A stretch of 64,000 nt of DNA from an uncultured delta proteobacterium (GCA_963782055.1 CAWAIF010000003.1:128001-192000), one strand, 5' to 3'. Shown: positions 41,960 to 51,638, counted from the first letter of the stretch. The notes: a model not told the origin generated them from the letters alone. Translations and numbers: made by a program.

Positions 41960-43174
41960 ATGTCGCGTCGAGCCGTATCCAGCGTCCCACCGCCCCCGCG
42001 CCCGGCCGCGCGCGCCATCGGCCGGCGGCCGCGGATGTCGCGCTTCCTCCGCGTGCTCCTCGCCTTCACCGTGCTCTCCCACCTGGCCCCGGCGGTGGGC
42101 GTGGCGGAGGGCGCGCGCCGGGCGCACATGCCCTGGCCCTGGGCGTTCGGCGTGGCGCTCCTGGTGGGCGGGGTCGGCCTCTTCCTCGGGCGCGCGCGCG
42201 TGGGCGTCTCCGACTTCCGCCGCCACCCCCTGGCCGTCGCGCTGGTGGACATGCCCTACTACGTGCACTGGTGCGCGTGCCTGCTCTCCTTCGTCCCGTC
42301 GCTCGTGGCGCTGCTGGTGCTCCCGCTCGTCGACCTGATCCGCGGCGCGCCGGCGACACTCCCGCGCGGCGCCTTCCTCTGGATCTACGTCACCGGTCTG
42401 GTGCTCAGCACGTACGGCGTGCTGATTCGCCGGCGCGCCTTCGTCGTGCGGCGCGTGGAGGTCCCGGTCGACGGCCTGCCGCAGGCGTTCGACGGCTACC
42501 GCATCGCGCACCTGTCCGACCTGCACATCGGCGCGCACACGCCCAAGACGTGGGGCCTGCGCTGGACGCGGGCCGCCAACGCCCTGGACCCGCACCTCAC
42601 CGTCGTCACCGGCGACATGGTCACCAGCGGCACCGTCTTCCACGACGAGATCGCCCAGGTGGTCTCCACGCTCCGCGCCCCCGACGGCGTCGTCGTCTCG
42701 ATGGGCAACCACGACTACTTCGGCGAGGGCGAGCCGCTCATCTCCCTGCTGCACGAGGTCGGCGCGCGGGTGCTCCGCAACGAGGGCACCTTCCTCGAGC
42801 GGGAAGGCGAGCGCGTGTACCTCGCCGCCATCGACGACACCTGGACGCGCCGCGCCGACATGGATCGCGCGCTCGCAGGGCGACCGGAGGGGATGAGCAC
42901 GGTGCTCCTGGCGCACGACCCCGACCAGTTCCGCGCGGCGGCGAAGCGCGAGGTGGACGTGGTGCTGAGCGGCCACACCCACGGCGGGCAGGTCGCGATG
43001 CCCTTTCTGGCCCGGCACATCACGCCGAGCAAGCTCTCGCACGAGTACCACCTCGGCCTGTACCGCCGCGGTCGCAGCACCCTCTACGTGCACCCCGGCC
43101 TGGGCACGACGGGCCCGCCCATCCGCATCGGCGTCGCCCCCGCGGTCGTCCTCATCACCCTGCGCGCGGTCTGA
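41960..43174 (+). CDS. membrane-bound metallophosphoesterase (YkuE/YaeI-like)
   Basis: N-terminal TMs; SDLH, TGD, GNHD, LAHDP, SGHTHGGQ. Confidence 0.92.
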   Translation: MSRRAVSSVPPPPRPAARAIGRRPRMSRFLRVLLAFTVLSHLAPAVGVAEGARRAHMPWPWAFGVALLVGGVGLFLGRARVGVSDFRRHPLAVALVDMPYYVHWCACLLSFVPSLVALLVLPLVDLIRGAPATLPRGAFLWIYVTGLVLSTYGVLIRRRAFVVRRVEVPVDGLPQAFDGYRIAHLSDLHIGAHTPKTWGLRWTRAANALDPHLTVVTGDMVTSGTVFHDEIAQVVSTLRAPDGVVVSMGNHDYFGEGEPLISLLHEVGARVLRNEGTFLEREGERVYLAAIDDTWTRRADMDRALAGRPEGMSTVLLAHDPDQFRAAAKREVDVVLSGHTHGGQVAMPFLARHITPSKLSHEYHLGLYRRGRSTLYVHPGLGTTGPPIRIGVAPAVVLITLRAV

Positions 43175-43183
43175 ACCCGCCCG

Positions 43184-45736
43184 TCAGTAGAAGCCGTCGA
43201 GCGAGACCCACTCCATCCGCGCCATCGGCTCTTCCGGCGTGTACACCGCCATCGGGGCGATCGCGCGGACCGCTCCGGCGATCTGCGGCGGCAGGCCGGC
43301 GGCGACGAAGGCCTGGGTGGCGAGGTCCGACCCGCCGATGCCCAGCACCTTCTCCACGAGCGACTGCTGCACCTCCGGCTCCTCGACGATGGGCGCGTCG
43401 CTCGGCAGGTGAGCCAGGGCGCGCGCCTCGTCCAGCGCCTCGCGCAGGCCGGCGAGGCGGTCCACCAGGTGGTGCTCGATGGCCTCCTGCCCCGCCCACA
43501 CGCGGCCCTGACCCACCGCGTCCACCTGCGCCTTGGTCATGTTGCGGCCGGTGGCCACGCGCTCGAGGAACATGTCGTAGAACTGCCCGACCTTGCGCTG
43601 CAGCTCCTTCTTCTCGTCGTCGGTGAAGGGCCGGAAGAGCGACTCGGCGTCGGCGCGGGGCGCCGTCTTGTAGGTGTCCGTCGTCACGCCGATCTTCTTC
43701 ATCAGGCCGCTCAGGTCCGCCTTGCCGTAGAAGATGCCGATGGACCCCGTGACGGTGAGCGGCAGCGCGTAGATCTGCTTCGCGGCGGCGGCGACGTAGT
43801 ACCCGCCGCTCGCCGCGACGCCGCCCATCGAGACGACGACCGGCTTCTTCTGCGCGAGGAGCCGCAGCTCCCGCCACATGACGTCGGCGGCCATCGACGA
43901 GCCGCCGGGGCTCTCGATGCGCACCACGACCGCCTTCACGCTGCCGTCGTCGCGCAGGTGGTGGATGGTGTCGGCGATGGTGTAGGAGCCGCAGAGCTTG
44001 ATGCCGAGCAGCGGGATGGTCTGCGAGCGGCCGTCGACCATGTCGCCGTCGATGTAGAGGATCGCCAGCTTGGAGCGCGCGCCGAACTGCTCCGGCGCCT
44101 TGGTGACGGGCGAGTCCTTCTCCAGCGAGACCTTGCGGCCGACGACCTCGCCGGCGACGCGCTCCAGCTCGTCGTCGAAGGCGAAGCCGTCGACGAAGCC
44201 CGCGTCCTTCGCCTCCTGCGCGACGAAGGGTCCCTTGCGCGTCACCTCGCGCACGTGGCTCTCGGTGAGGTGCCGGCCGTTGGCGAGGTTCTTGACGAAC
44301 ACCGCCTCGTCGTTGGCGAGCATGTCCTCGTGGTCCGCCGCCGCGACGGAGCTGGCGTGCTCGTTGGTGAGCTGCTCCGGCGCCGTCTTGTGGGCGCCGA
44401 TGCGCACGAACTGGGCCTTGATGCCCAGCTTCTGGAGCAGCCCGGCGAGGTAGAGGTACGTCGCGTGCAGGCCCGCGTAGCGGACGCCGCCCGCCGGGTT
44501 GATGACGATGCGGTCGGCGTTGGCGCACACGTAGAGCGAGGGTGCGCCGTTGTCCTCCAGGCTGCAGATGACCTTCTTGCCGCGCGCGCGGAGCACACGG
44601 AAGGCGTCGGCGAGCTCCTCGGCGTGCGCCCACGAGTTGACCGGCGAGGTGCGGAAGGACATCACCACCGCCGCCACCTCCGGGTCCTTGCTGAGCGCCC
44701 AGAGCCGGCGCAGCAGCCGGACGTGCCCGCGCGTGCCCGGCGTCGACTCTATCCGGATGCCCACCGCCCGCGCGGGGATGGGCAGGCCGGGCTGCTGGTA
44801 GCCGGCGATGGACGCCGTGCCGTACTCCCCGAGCTCGCTGCCGCCCAGGCCGCTGCCGAAGAGCACGCCGCCGCCGGCGGTGTAGCGCGAGAGGGCGATC
44901 TCCAGGCCCGCCGTCGCCACCACCCCGCGCTTCTGGTCGTTCTCCAGGTGGGCGATGGCGAGGTCGCCGCGCGCGCGGCCGACACCCGGGATGTCCACGC
45001 CGAGGGTGAGCCGGGGTAGCCACAGATCGCTGTCCGTCGCGCCGGAGCCCTGGCGGTAGGTCATGTCGAAGTCCAGCTCCACGTTGCGCTTGCCCGCCGG
45101 CCGGAACGCCACCGCCCCGACGAAGCTGCGGTCCAGCACCACCTGCCCACCCGGGAAGGCCTGCGCGCTCTGGTTCAGGTCCTGCGCCACCAGGGACAGC
45201 CCGATGTGCGGGTCCGGCCGGTACGTCGCCCCGAGGGTCAGGCCCACGAGCCCGTTCGTCACCGCGCTGGTGGAGAAGGAGCCCTGGATGCTCCCGCCGA
45301 AGGACAGCGCGTCGTTCAGCTTGTAGGCGAGGCCCCAGGTGAGCCAGGTGAAGGTGCTGTCGCGGTAGAGCGGGTTCGCCCTGTCCGGCGGGATCTCGTA
45401 GTCCACGCGCAGCCCGCTGGAGAGCCCGAACACCAGCGGCGTCGCCGCCTCCAGCACGTGGCCGCAGTTGATCTTCGTCGTGTCGTAGCAGAACACGCCG
45501 TCGTACCGGACCTCCCACGAGGGCAGGTGAGCCAGGTTCGCCGGGTTGACGCGCAGCGCCTCCGCCCCGTCCTCCCCCGCAGCGCTCCGTCCGAGCGCGT
45601 CCACCCGCTCCGCGCGCGAGACGATGGGCTGATCCGCGCGCGCGCGGCCGGGGGCGAGGGCGAGCGCGCACGCCGCGACCGCGGTGCCCGCGACCAGTTT
45701 GCGGGCGCGCGATGAGTGCAGTTTGCAACCTTTCAT
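43184..45736 (-). CDS. sppA: signal peptide peptidase SppA (S49, tandem-domain type) with N-terminal beta-barrel-like extension
   Basis: RIGAHKTAPE (Lys), RIESPGG, SMGGVAASGGYY (Ser), TGSIG, GQGRVW; about 290-aa beta-rich N-domain after a signal peptide. Confidence 0.88.
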   Translation of the reverse strand: MKGCKLHSSRARKLVAGTAVAACALALAPGRARADQPIVSRAERVDALGRSAAGEDGAEALRVNPANLAHLPSWEVRYDGVFCYDTTKINCGHVLEAATPLVFGLSSGLRVDYEIPPDRANPLYRDSTFTWLTWGLAYKLNDALSFGGSIQGSFSTSAVTNGLVGLTLGATYRPDPHIGLSLVAQDLNQSAQAFPGGQVVLDRSFVGAVAFRPAGKRNVELDFDMTYRQGSGATDSDLWLPRLTLGVDIPGVGRARGDLAIAHLENDQKRGVVATAGLEIALSRYTAGGGVLFGSGLGGSELGEYGTASIAGYQQPGLPIPARAVGIRIESTPGTRGHVRLLRRLWALSKDPEVAAVVMSFRTSPVNSWAHAEELADAFRVLRARGKKVICSLEDNGAPSLYVCANADRIVINPAGGVRYAGLHATYLYLAGLLQKLGIKAQFVRIGAHKTAPEQLTNEHASSVAAADHEDMLANDEAVFVKNLANGRHLTESHVREVTRKGPFVAQEAKDAGFVDGFAFDDELERVAGEVVGRKVSLEKDSPVTKAPEQFGARSKLAILYIDGDMVDGRSQTIPLLGIKLCGSYTIADTIHHLRDDGSVKAVVVRIESPGGSSMAADVMWRELRLLAQKKPVVVSMGGVAASGGYYVAAAAKQIYALPLTVTGSIGIFYGKADLSGLMKKIGVTTDTYKTAPRADAESLFRPFTDDEKKELQRKVGQFYDMFLERVATGRNMTKAQVDAVGQGRVWAGQEAIEHHLVDRLAGLREALDEARALAHLPSDAPIVEEPEVQQSLVEKVLGIGGSDLATQAFVAAGLPPQIAGAVRAIAPMAVYTPEEPMARMEWVSLDGFY

Positions 45737-45750
45737 GAGTCCCTCGTTCG

Positions 45751-46257
45751 TCACACGAGCGTCGCCAGCTCGCGGAGCGTCGCCGCCTCCGCCTCGAAGG
45801 TGCGCCGCACCTCGGCCAGGATGGCGCGCTCGGCCACCTTCTGTACCACCGGCACCTTCAGCGTCAGCTCCCCCTCCACCAGCCGGCGCGTCCGGTCGCT
45901 CGCCAGCGCCACCAGCCGGTAGGTGCCCTCCGCGTGGAAGTGCTTGCGCCACTCCGGCTTCACGTTGGGCAGGACCGTCCACTTCGCCGAGTGGGTCCGG
46001 ATGGTGTAGGTGGACTGCTCGTCCCAGGAGAGCATCTCCCGCGTGACGACCTTCTGGGCGAAGACCGGGACGCGCACGCTCGCCTGGTAGCTCCAGAGCC
46101 GCTGCAGCACGCCCCCCTCCAGCACGTGCTGCTTCTGCCGGACCTCCTCCATGTTGGTGAGGTGCGTCTTCAGCCTGGAGAAGAGGTCGGGCGAGAGCAC
46201 CGCGAGCTCGATCGCGTCGAGCGGGATCTCGAACTCGTGGATGATCTCGAACCGCAC
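45751..46257 (-). CDS. DUF2505/START-like protein
   Basis: MRFEIIHEF…WDEQSTY…EGTYRL…EGELTLKVPVV..VAERAI pattern. Confidence 0.7.
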   Translation of the reverse strand: MRFEIIHEFEIPLDAIELAVLSPDLFSRLKTHLTNMEEVRQKQHVLEGGVLQRLWSYQASVRVPVFAQKVVTREMLSWDEQSTYTIRTHSAKWTVLPNVKPEWRKHFHAEGTYRLVALASDRTRRLVEGELTLKVPVVQKVAERAILAEVRRTFEAEAATLRELATLV

Positions 46258-46310
46258 GGGCCGGTTAGGCTACCAAGCCGCCCGCCATTCTCCTAGCGCG
46301 GCGCGGCGGA

Positions 46311-46454
46311 GGGCGGGGAGGGGCGGCGCGTGCCGCAGCAGTCACGCGTCGTCGCTACGACTCGCCAAGCCCGACGAGCAGCGGAGGGCCCGCGTGGGGA
46401 GGGGCCCCGCCCAATTCACTTGGGCGGGGAGGGGCGGCGCGTGCTGCCCCTCCC
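46311..46454. repeat. 23-bp perfect direct repeat plus two overlapping hairpins (likely terminator of the 46455-48671 gene)
   Basis: GGGCGGGGAGGGGCGGCGCGTGC at 46311-46333 and 46422-46444; CCCCGCCCAA/TTGGGCGGGG and GGGAGGGGCGGC/GCTGCCCCTCCC stems. Confidence 0.7.
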
Positions 46455-48671
46455 TCAATTGGGGCTCTTCTGGGCGCAGCGGCCGTTGATGCAGACCAGC
46501 GTGCCGTTGCCGCAGCAGTCGGCGTCGGTCGTGCACTTGTCGAACTCCTGCGCGCACGTGGGCGGGACGGAGTTGCACGTCAGGCCGCCGTCGCCGTCGG
46601 GCTGGCAGTAGCCGCCGCAGCACTCGTCGCCGGTCTCGCAGGAGTTGCCGTCCTGCTTGCACGGGTCGACGACCCAGAAGCCGCGCGAGTTGCCCGCGAG
46701 CAGCTCCTGCGCGGGCAGGTAGAAGGCGGGGTGGCTCGGGTCGGTGCCCGGCGCCGCGTTGAGATCGATCGCCGCGACCCACAGCTTCTTCGTCGTGGGT
46801 GTCTGGCTGATGTCGTGGAAGCGCGGGTCGCTCCAGTACGGGTTGATGGTCGCCACGTTGCCGTAGAGACGCCGGCTGGTGAAGACCACCCACGCGTAGC
46901 CGCCGGACGGAACGGGGTTCACCGTCGGCTCGTAGTTGAGCGTGCTGTCGTCGGCGTGGTTGTTGTTGGCGGTCGGGACGTAGCCCTTGCCGTTGGCGTT
47001 GTCGAGGCGGGTGGCGGTCTGCGTCTTCAGGTCCACCCACCAGAGCTCGGCGTGCGTGCCGTCGTTGGAGCAGCTGTTGGAGGAGTCGCAGCTCGAGCGT
47101 GTCCCCGCCGTGTCGCGCCCGTTGTTGACCGTCTCCAGCTCGTAGACGACGGCGTCGTTGGTCGGCAGGAAGGAGGGCCACCACGCCTTGCCCGACTGCG
47201 GCGTCACCAGGGTGGCGGCGTTGCTGAAGGTCGTCGTCTTGGAGTCGAAGTCCATGGCGGCGAGCGACTTCTGGTCGGAGCCGTTGCCGCCGTAGAAGTT
47301 GTAGGCGACGTGCTTGCCGTCCGGCGAGAACGCGGGCGTGCCGGCCCTCAGGCCGGAGGGCAGGCCGGTGGAGGCCACCGCGCCGCCGCCGGGGAGCGCG
47401 AAGAGCGCGCTCGCCGCGGCGGACAATCCGGAGAGGGGCGCGGCGTTGGAGAAGAGCATCGACCCGTCGGGGAAGATGCCCGGCCACGCGAAGCGCCCGT
47501 CCGCCGGGTTCATGCCCGTCTCGGCGTTGGCGTTCTTCAGGTCGACGTAGATGGAGTGCGAGTAGCCGCTGCCGTCCTCCGTCACCAGGCCGGAGCCGTC
47601 CGCCGCCACGGAGTGGCAGACGCGGCACTTGGTGTTGTCCCCCGCGACCAGCGTGGGCGAGGTGTCTCCGCCGTGGATGCCCAGCGTCGCCCCGCCGAAC
47701 TTCGCCCCGTTCTTGGTGCAGCAGTAGTTCTGCGCGAGGTTGGTCCCGTACGAGTTGTAGTAGACGACGCCCTTGAGCGTACCGCCGGCGACCTTCCACT
47801 TCTCGGTGATGGGCCCGTACGCCGTGTTGCCCTTCGCGAAGACCAGGTCCACCGTCAGGTCCTCGCCGGCGTTGGAGTAGCCCAGCGCCTTCCACACGTC
47901 CTGGGGAATGGGGTGGTGGATGAAGGGCGTCGCCGTCTTGGCGAAGTAGCCCTTGTAGTCCAGCGCCTTCTCGTAGGCGTGGATGTACACGGCGTCGTAG
48001 TCGCCCTGGGCGCCGACGTTCCACTGCATGAGCGGCGCGAGCACACCGCGCGGCCACACGGTCTTGTCGTACGGGTACAGCCAGGCGAGCCCGCTGTCGG
48101 CGACGGGGTTGCCCTGCAGCACGGTGAGCGTCGTGTTGTCGACCGCCGCGCCCGCGCCCTCGCCCCCGACGCCGCCCGCGCCGCCCGCGCCGCCGCCCGC
48201 GTCGCCGGCGTTGGGATCGCCGTTCTGCGTCCAGTCGAGCACCACGGTCACCGTGGTGGTCGCCGTCTTGTTCTTGTAGGTCGCCTTGATGGTGGCGGTG
48301 CCGCCCAGCGTCCCCTTCGGCGTGAAGACGCCCGTCGAGACGTTGATGCTCCCGATCTCGCCGCGGTCGATGGTCCAGGCCGGGCTGACCGGCTGGTTGC
48401 CGAGCATCGCCTGGTAGGTGAGCGTCGGCGGTGCCTGGCCGTGGGTCACGTTCACCGTCGCGTCGACGGGCGCGATGCTGAGCGCCTCGGCGTCAGGGTC
48501 GAAGTTGCCGTCGTCGCCGCCGAACGGGTTGTCGTCGGCCGTCGTGGCGTCGCTCACGCCGCCGTCGTCGCCGACCCCAGAGTCGAAGACCGACGGACCC
48601 ACGTCCTCACCGCACGCGGCCGCCACCGCCGCCACGGCCACCGCGGCGCTCAAGAGCATCCAGGCTTTCAT
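46455..48671 (-). CDS. large lipoprotein with Ig-like domain, TolB/PD40-like propeller and Cys-rich C-terminus
   Basis: AVAAAC lipobox; Asp/Gly linker; YPYDKTVWP; PAFSPDG, PSFLP; terminal C-x6-C-x5-CC units. Confidence 0.85.
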   Translation of the reverse strand: MKAWMLLSAAVAVAAVAAACGEDVGPSVFDSGVGDDGGVSDATTADDNPFGGDDGNFDPDAEALSIAPVDATVNVTHGQAPPTLTYQAMLGNQPVSPAWTIDRGEIGSINVSTGVFTPKGTLGGTATIKATYKNKTATTTVTVVLDWTQNGDPNAGDAGGGAGGAGGVGGEGAGAAVDNTTLTVLQGNPVADSGLAWLYPYDKTVWPRGVLAPLMQWNVGAQGDYDAVYIHAYEKALDYKGYFAKTATPFIHHPIPQDVWKALGYSNAGEDLTVDLVFAKGNTAYGPITEKWKVAGGTLKGVVYYNSYGTNLAQNYCCTKNGAKFGGATLGIHGGDTSPTLVAGDNTKCRVCHSVAADGSGLVTEDGSGYSHSIYVDLKNANAETGMNPADGRFAWPGIFPDGSMLFSNAAPLSGLSAAASALFALPGGGAVASTGLPSGLRAGTPAFSPDGKHVAYNFYGGNGSDQKSLAAMDFDSKTTTFSNAATLVTPQSGKAWWPSFLPTNDAVVYELETVNNGRDTAGTRSSCDSSNSCSNDGTHAELWWVDLKTQTATRLDNANGKGYVPTANNNHADDSTLNYEPTVNPVPSGGYAWVVFTSRRLYGNVATINPYWSDPRFHDISQTPTTKKLWVAAIDLNAAPGTDPSHPAFYLPAQELLAGNSRGFWVVDPCKQDGNSCETGDECCGGYCQPDGDGGLTCNSVPPTCAQEFDKCTTDADCCGNGTLVCINGRCAQKSPN

Positions 48672-48755
48672 CCGTGCCTCCGGGTAAGCAGCCCGCGTAG
48701 GCGCAGGCCGACCAGCAGAGCTAAAATATCACAGTACGGATGAAACGCGAGAGGT

Positions 48756-49706
48756 TCACTCGTCGGTGGGCTGTGTGAGCTTCCGCGACCAGATAATCGC
48801 GTCTTTCCGCTCACTTCCGAGCTGCAGGTGGTTCTGCAGGAGCCCGGTGCGGCGGAAGCCGTTGAAGGCGAAGGCGGTGGCCATGACGAGATCGTCGCTG
48901 GGGGCCAGGGCGAAGCAGCTCACGATGCCGTCGCCCAGCATCTTGTCGCACATGCAGCGGAGCGCCGCCATGACGGCCAGCTTCTCGTTGTCGGTGCGGG
49001 GGGCGGTGAGCATCTCCAAGAAGGCGTTGCCGAAGCACGCCTGCGACTCCGTCGACGCGATGAGCTCGTAGCCCCCGCGCGCCGTCAGGGAGAAGAAATG
49101 GCGCTGGACGTCGCGGCCGAAGGGCTCGAAGCCGGTGAGGGCGCGGCCTGCCTTCACGGCGGCGGCGACGTGCTTCTTCGCCTCCGTCTCCTTGATGGGC
49201 GAGAGCTTCACGTGGGGGAGCGCCTTGCCGACCATGTCCTTCGCCCGCTTCTTCCCCTGGGCGATGGTGCGCTCCGCCAGATCGTGCGCGCGCGTGTCCA
49301 CCTCCGGCTCCTCCGCCGCCTCTTCGTCGGCGGCGGTGGTCGGCTCGCGCACGGCGATCCGCATCTCGCTCTGCGCGCGCCCGGTGGGCACGACGCTGCA
49401 GCCGAGGAGGAAGGCGTCGCTCCGCTTGTAGAAGCCGGGGATGTTGCCCTCCCGCGCGAAGCCGAGCTTCACCCAGGTGGCCACCTCGTCGCGCTCGACC
49501 AGCGTGTAGATCTTCTCCAGACCCTCGCGCTGCGCGACCGAGAGCACGAACATCCGCTTGGCGTTGCTCGGGCCGGCGCGGAAGTCGATGACGCGCATCG
49601 TCTTGGCGCGCCGATGAATCATCATGCAGAGGGAGACTGCGTTGTTCTGGAAGAAGACCTCTTCAACCGTCTTCTGCTGCGCACCACCCCACGCCTTTGC
49701 CGCCAT
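48756..49706 (-). CDS. tandem GNAT-like protein resembling beta-lysine N-acetyltransferase AblB
   Basis: GLEKIYTLV…LGFAREGNIPGFYKRSDAFLL and NGFRRTGLLQNHL…DAIIWSRKL halves; start uncertain. Confidence 0.6.
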   Translation of the reverse strand: MAAKAWGGAQQKTVEEVFFQNNAVSLCMMIHRRAKTMRVIDFRAGPSNAKRMFVLSVAQREGLEKIYTLVERDEVATWVKLGFAREGNIPGFYKRSDAFLLGCSVVPTGRAQSEMRIAVREPTTAADEEAAEEPEVDTRAHDLAERTIAQGKKRAKDMVGKALPHVKLSPIKETEAKKHVAAAVKAGRALTGFEPFGRDVQRHFFSLTARGGYELIASTESQACFGNAFLEMLTAPRTDNEKLAVMAALRCMCDKMLGDGIVSCFALAPSDDLVMATAFAFNGFRRTGLLQNHLQLGSERKDAIIWSRKLTQPTDE

Positions 49707-49969
49707 CGAAACACCCACCCTTGGTTTCACGAACCCCAGGGGTCCCAGCAACGGGCCGGGGCCGGGAGTCGTGAAAGGTGCCTCATGTGGGGCACCTTTC
49801 AAAAGTGAAAGGCGACTACCACGGCATCGTTCGGCAGGTCAACGGGAAGCAGTGACAATTCGGCTTCTTAGCGGCCACTCTTGCAGCGGATTCAACCGCT
49901 GCGGGGGCTGAACGCCTGTCCCGCGGGCCGAAGTGACTGAAACCGCTACCAATTCAGATACTTACAGCG

Positions 49970-50890
49970 TCATACCAGGCCGCCGATGTCCGAGGCCGCG
50001 GCGCCCAGTCGGGTGAAGGCGTCGGCGAGGCGCTCCTTCTGGACGGACACCAGCGTGGGCATCCCCCCGGACAGGCCCAGCAGGGAGAGGAAGTTCACCC
50101 CGCTGTCGAAGGGGGCGGCCAGGGAGAGGGTGTCGCGGTCGAGCACCACCGCGACCTCCGCCCGCTGCTGGCCCAGCAGCAGCAGCATGGTCTTGTCGTA
50201 CTGGCCGTGCTGATCGGTGGCGTCCACGAAGACCGCCGTGTGGATGCCGGCCGCGCCGGAGAGCTCCACCCGCCGGAAGCGCTCGGCGATCTTGCGGGCC
50301 TCCCGCTCGATGGCTTCCATCTCGCGGGCGGCGGCGTCGATCGGGGTCCACAGGGACGCGTCCTTCACGCCGGTGGCGAGGTGGCGGACGATGAGCCCGA
50401 ACAGGGCCTGATCGCGCGGGTGCGCGCGGATGGCGCGATCGATGCGCACGGCGGTGGGGCTGGGGGTTCCGAGGCGGGTGTCGATCGCGCGGGCGTCGTC
50501 GTCGGCGCCGGGGTACGGCTCCTCGCCCCCGCGCATCCACTTCGCCGCGCTGCACAGGCCGTCGAAGTCGGTGTGGCAGACGATGGTGTCGACGTGTCCG
50601 ACGCGCTCCACCAGCTCGCGCGTGACCATCTCGGGGCAGGCGCCGTGCTGCGCCTTGGTGGCGAGCACGAAGCGCGGGTCGGCGGAGTAGACCGCGTGGA
50701 GCAGGTGGTCGTGGTGGTCCACCCAGGCCGCCAGGCGGGGGCCGAGCGCCTCGATGAAGGGGCGCGTGAGCTTCTCGAAGCCGCCGCCGGAGGCCTCCGA
50801 CGCGAAGGCCACGTCCAGGACCACCACCCGGCCGGCGAGATTGCGGGCGCGGGGGAGCTTGCGGGGGGTGGCGAAGGCGAGGTCGGGCAT
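49970..50890 (-). CDS. DHH-family phosphoesterase-like protein
   Basis: VLDV, WVDHHDH, CHTDFDG; start 50890 or 50899. Confidence 0.72.
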   Translation of the reverse strand: MPDLAFATPRKLPRARNLAGRVVVLDVAFASEASGGGFEKLTRPFIEALGPRLAAWVDHHDHLLHAVYSADPRFVLATKAQHGACPEMVTRELVERVGHVDTIVCHTDFDGLCSAAKWMRGGEEPYPGADDDARAIDTRLGTPSPTAVRIDRAIRAHPRDQALFGLIVRHLATGVKDASLWTPIDAAAREMEAIEREARKIAERFRRVELSGAAGIHTAVFVDATDQHGQYDKTMLLLLGQQRAEVAVVLDRDTLSLAAPFDSGVNFLSLLGLSGGMPTLVSVQKERLADAFTRLGAAASDIGGLV

Positions 50891-50900
50891 CTTCCCCATC

Positions 50901-51539
50901 CTAGCCACGCGAGGCCTTCTCCGCGTGGCCGCTCTGGCCCATCCGCGAAGAGAGCACCTCGAGCACGTCGCGCAGGGGCACGTCGCGCTGGCGCAGCGCG
51001 ACCAGCGCGTGGAAGAGCAGGTCGGCGGCCTCGCTGGCGACGCGCTCGTCGCTCTCGCCCGCGACCGCGCGGGCCAGCTCGTCCGCTTCCTCTCGCAGCT
51101 TGGCGCCGATCTTCTCCGCGCCGCCATCGTAGAGGCTGCGGGTGTAGCTGGCCTCGCCGCTGCTGGTCTTGCGCGACTCGAGCACACGCTCCAGCCGCCC
51201 GAGGAGGGTGACCGGCTCGGCCTCGCGCACGCCGCCGTCGCCCATCTCGCGGAAGAAGCAGGACTCCGCGCCGGTGTGGCAGCTCGGACCGTGCGGGCGC
51301 GCGGCGTAGATCAGGGTGTCCTCGTCGCAGTCCACCAGCACGCGGCCTACCTCGATCGTGTTGCCGCTGGTCTCCCCCTTCTCCCAGAGGGCGTCGCGCG
51401 AGCGCGAGAAGAAGGTGGCGCGGCCGCGCTCGCGGGTGCGCCGCACGGCCTCCTCGTTCGCCCACGCCACCATCCTCACCTCGCCGGTGAGCTCGTCCTG
51501 CACCACCACGGGCACCAGGCCTCGATCGTCGAAATTCAT
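50901..51539 (-). CDS. hisIE: bifunctional phosphoribosyl-AMP cyclohydrolase/phosphoribosyl-ATP pyrophosphatase
   Basis: FFSRSR..LW.KGETSG, DCDED, CHTG..SCF, SYT, K..EEA.E, EAADLLFH. Confidence 0.96.
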   Translation of the reverse strand: MNFDDRGLVPVVVQDELTGEVRMVAWANEEAVRRTRERGRATFFSRSRDALWEKGETSGNTIEVGRVLVDCDEDTLIYAARPHGPSCHTGAESCFFREMGDGGVREAEPVTLLGRLERVLESRKTSSGEASYTRSLYDGGAEKIGAKLREEADELARAVAGESDERVASEAADLLFHALVALRQRDVPLRDVLEVLSSRMGQSGHAEKASRG

Positions 51540-51608
51540 TCGGTTTCTTCCTCTGCAGCCCCCAAGCTACACCGGCAGACCCTGCCCCGCCGCAGCCGGA
51601 AAGCCCGT

Positions 51609-51638
51609 TTGACACCCTTTCTCCGCCTTACGTATCCT
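51609..51638 (+). promoter_or_regulatory. sigma70-type promoter of the frzS-like gene
   Basis: TTGACA-18 bp-TATCCT. Confidence 0.65.
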
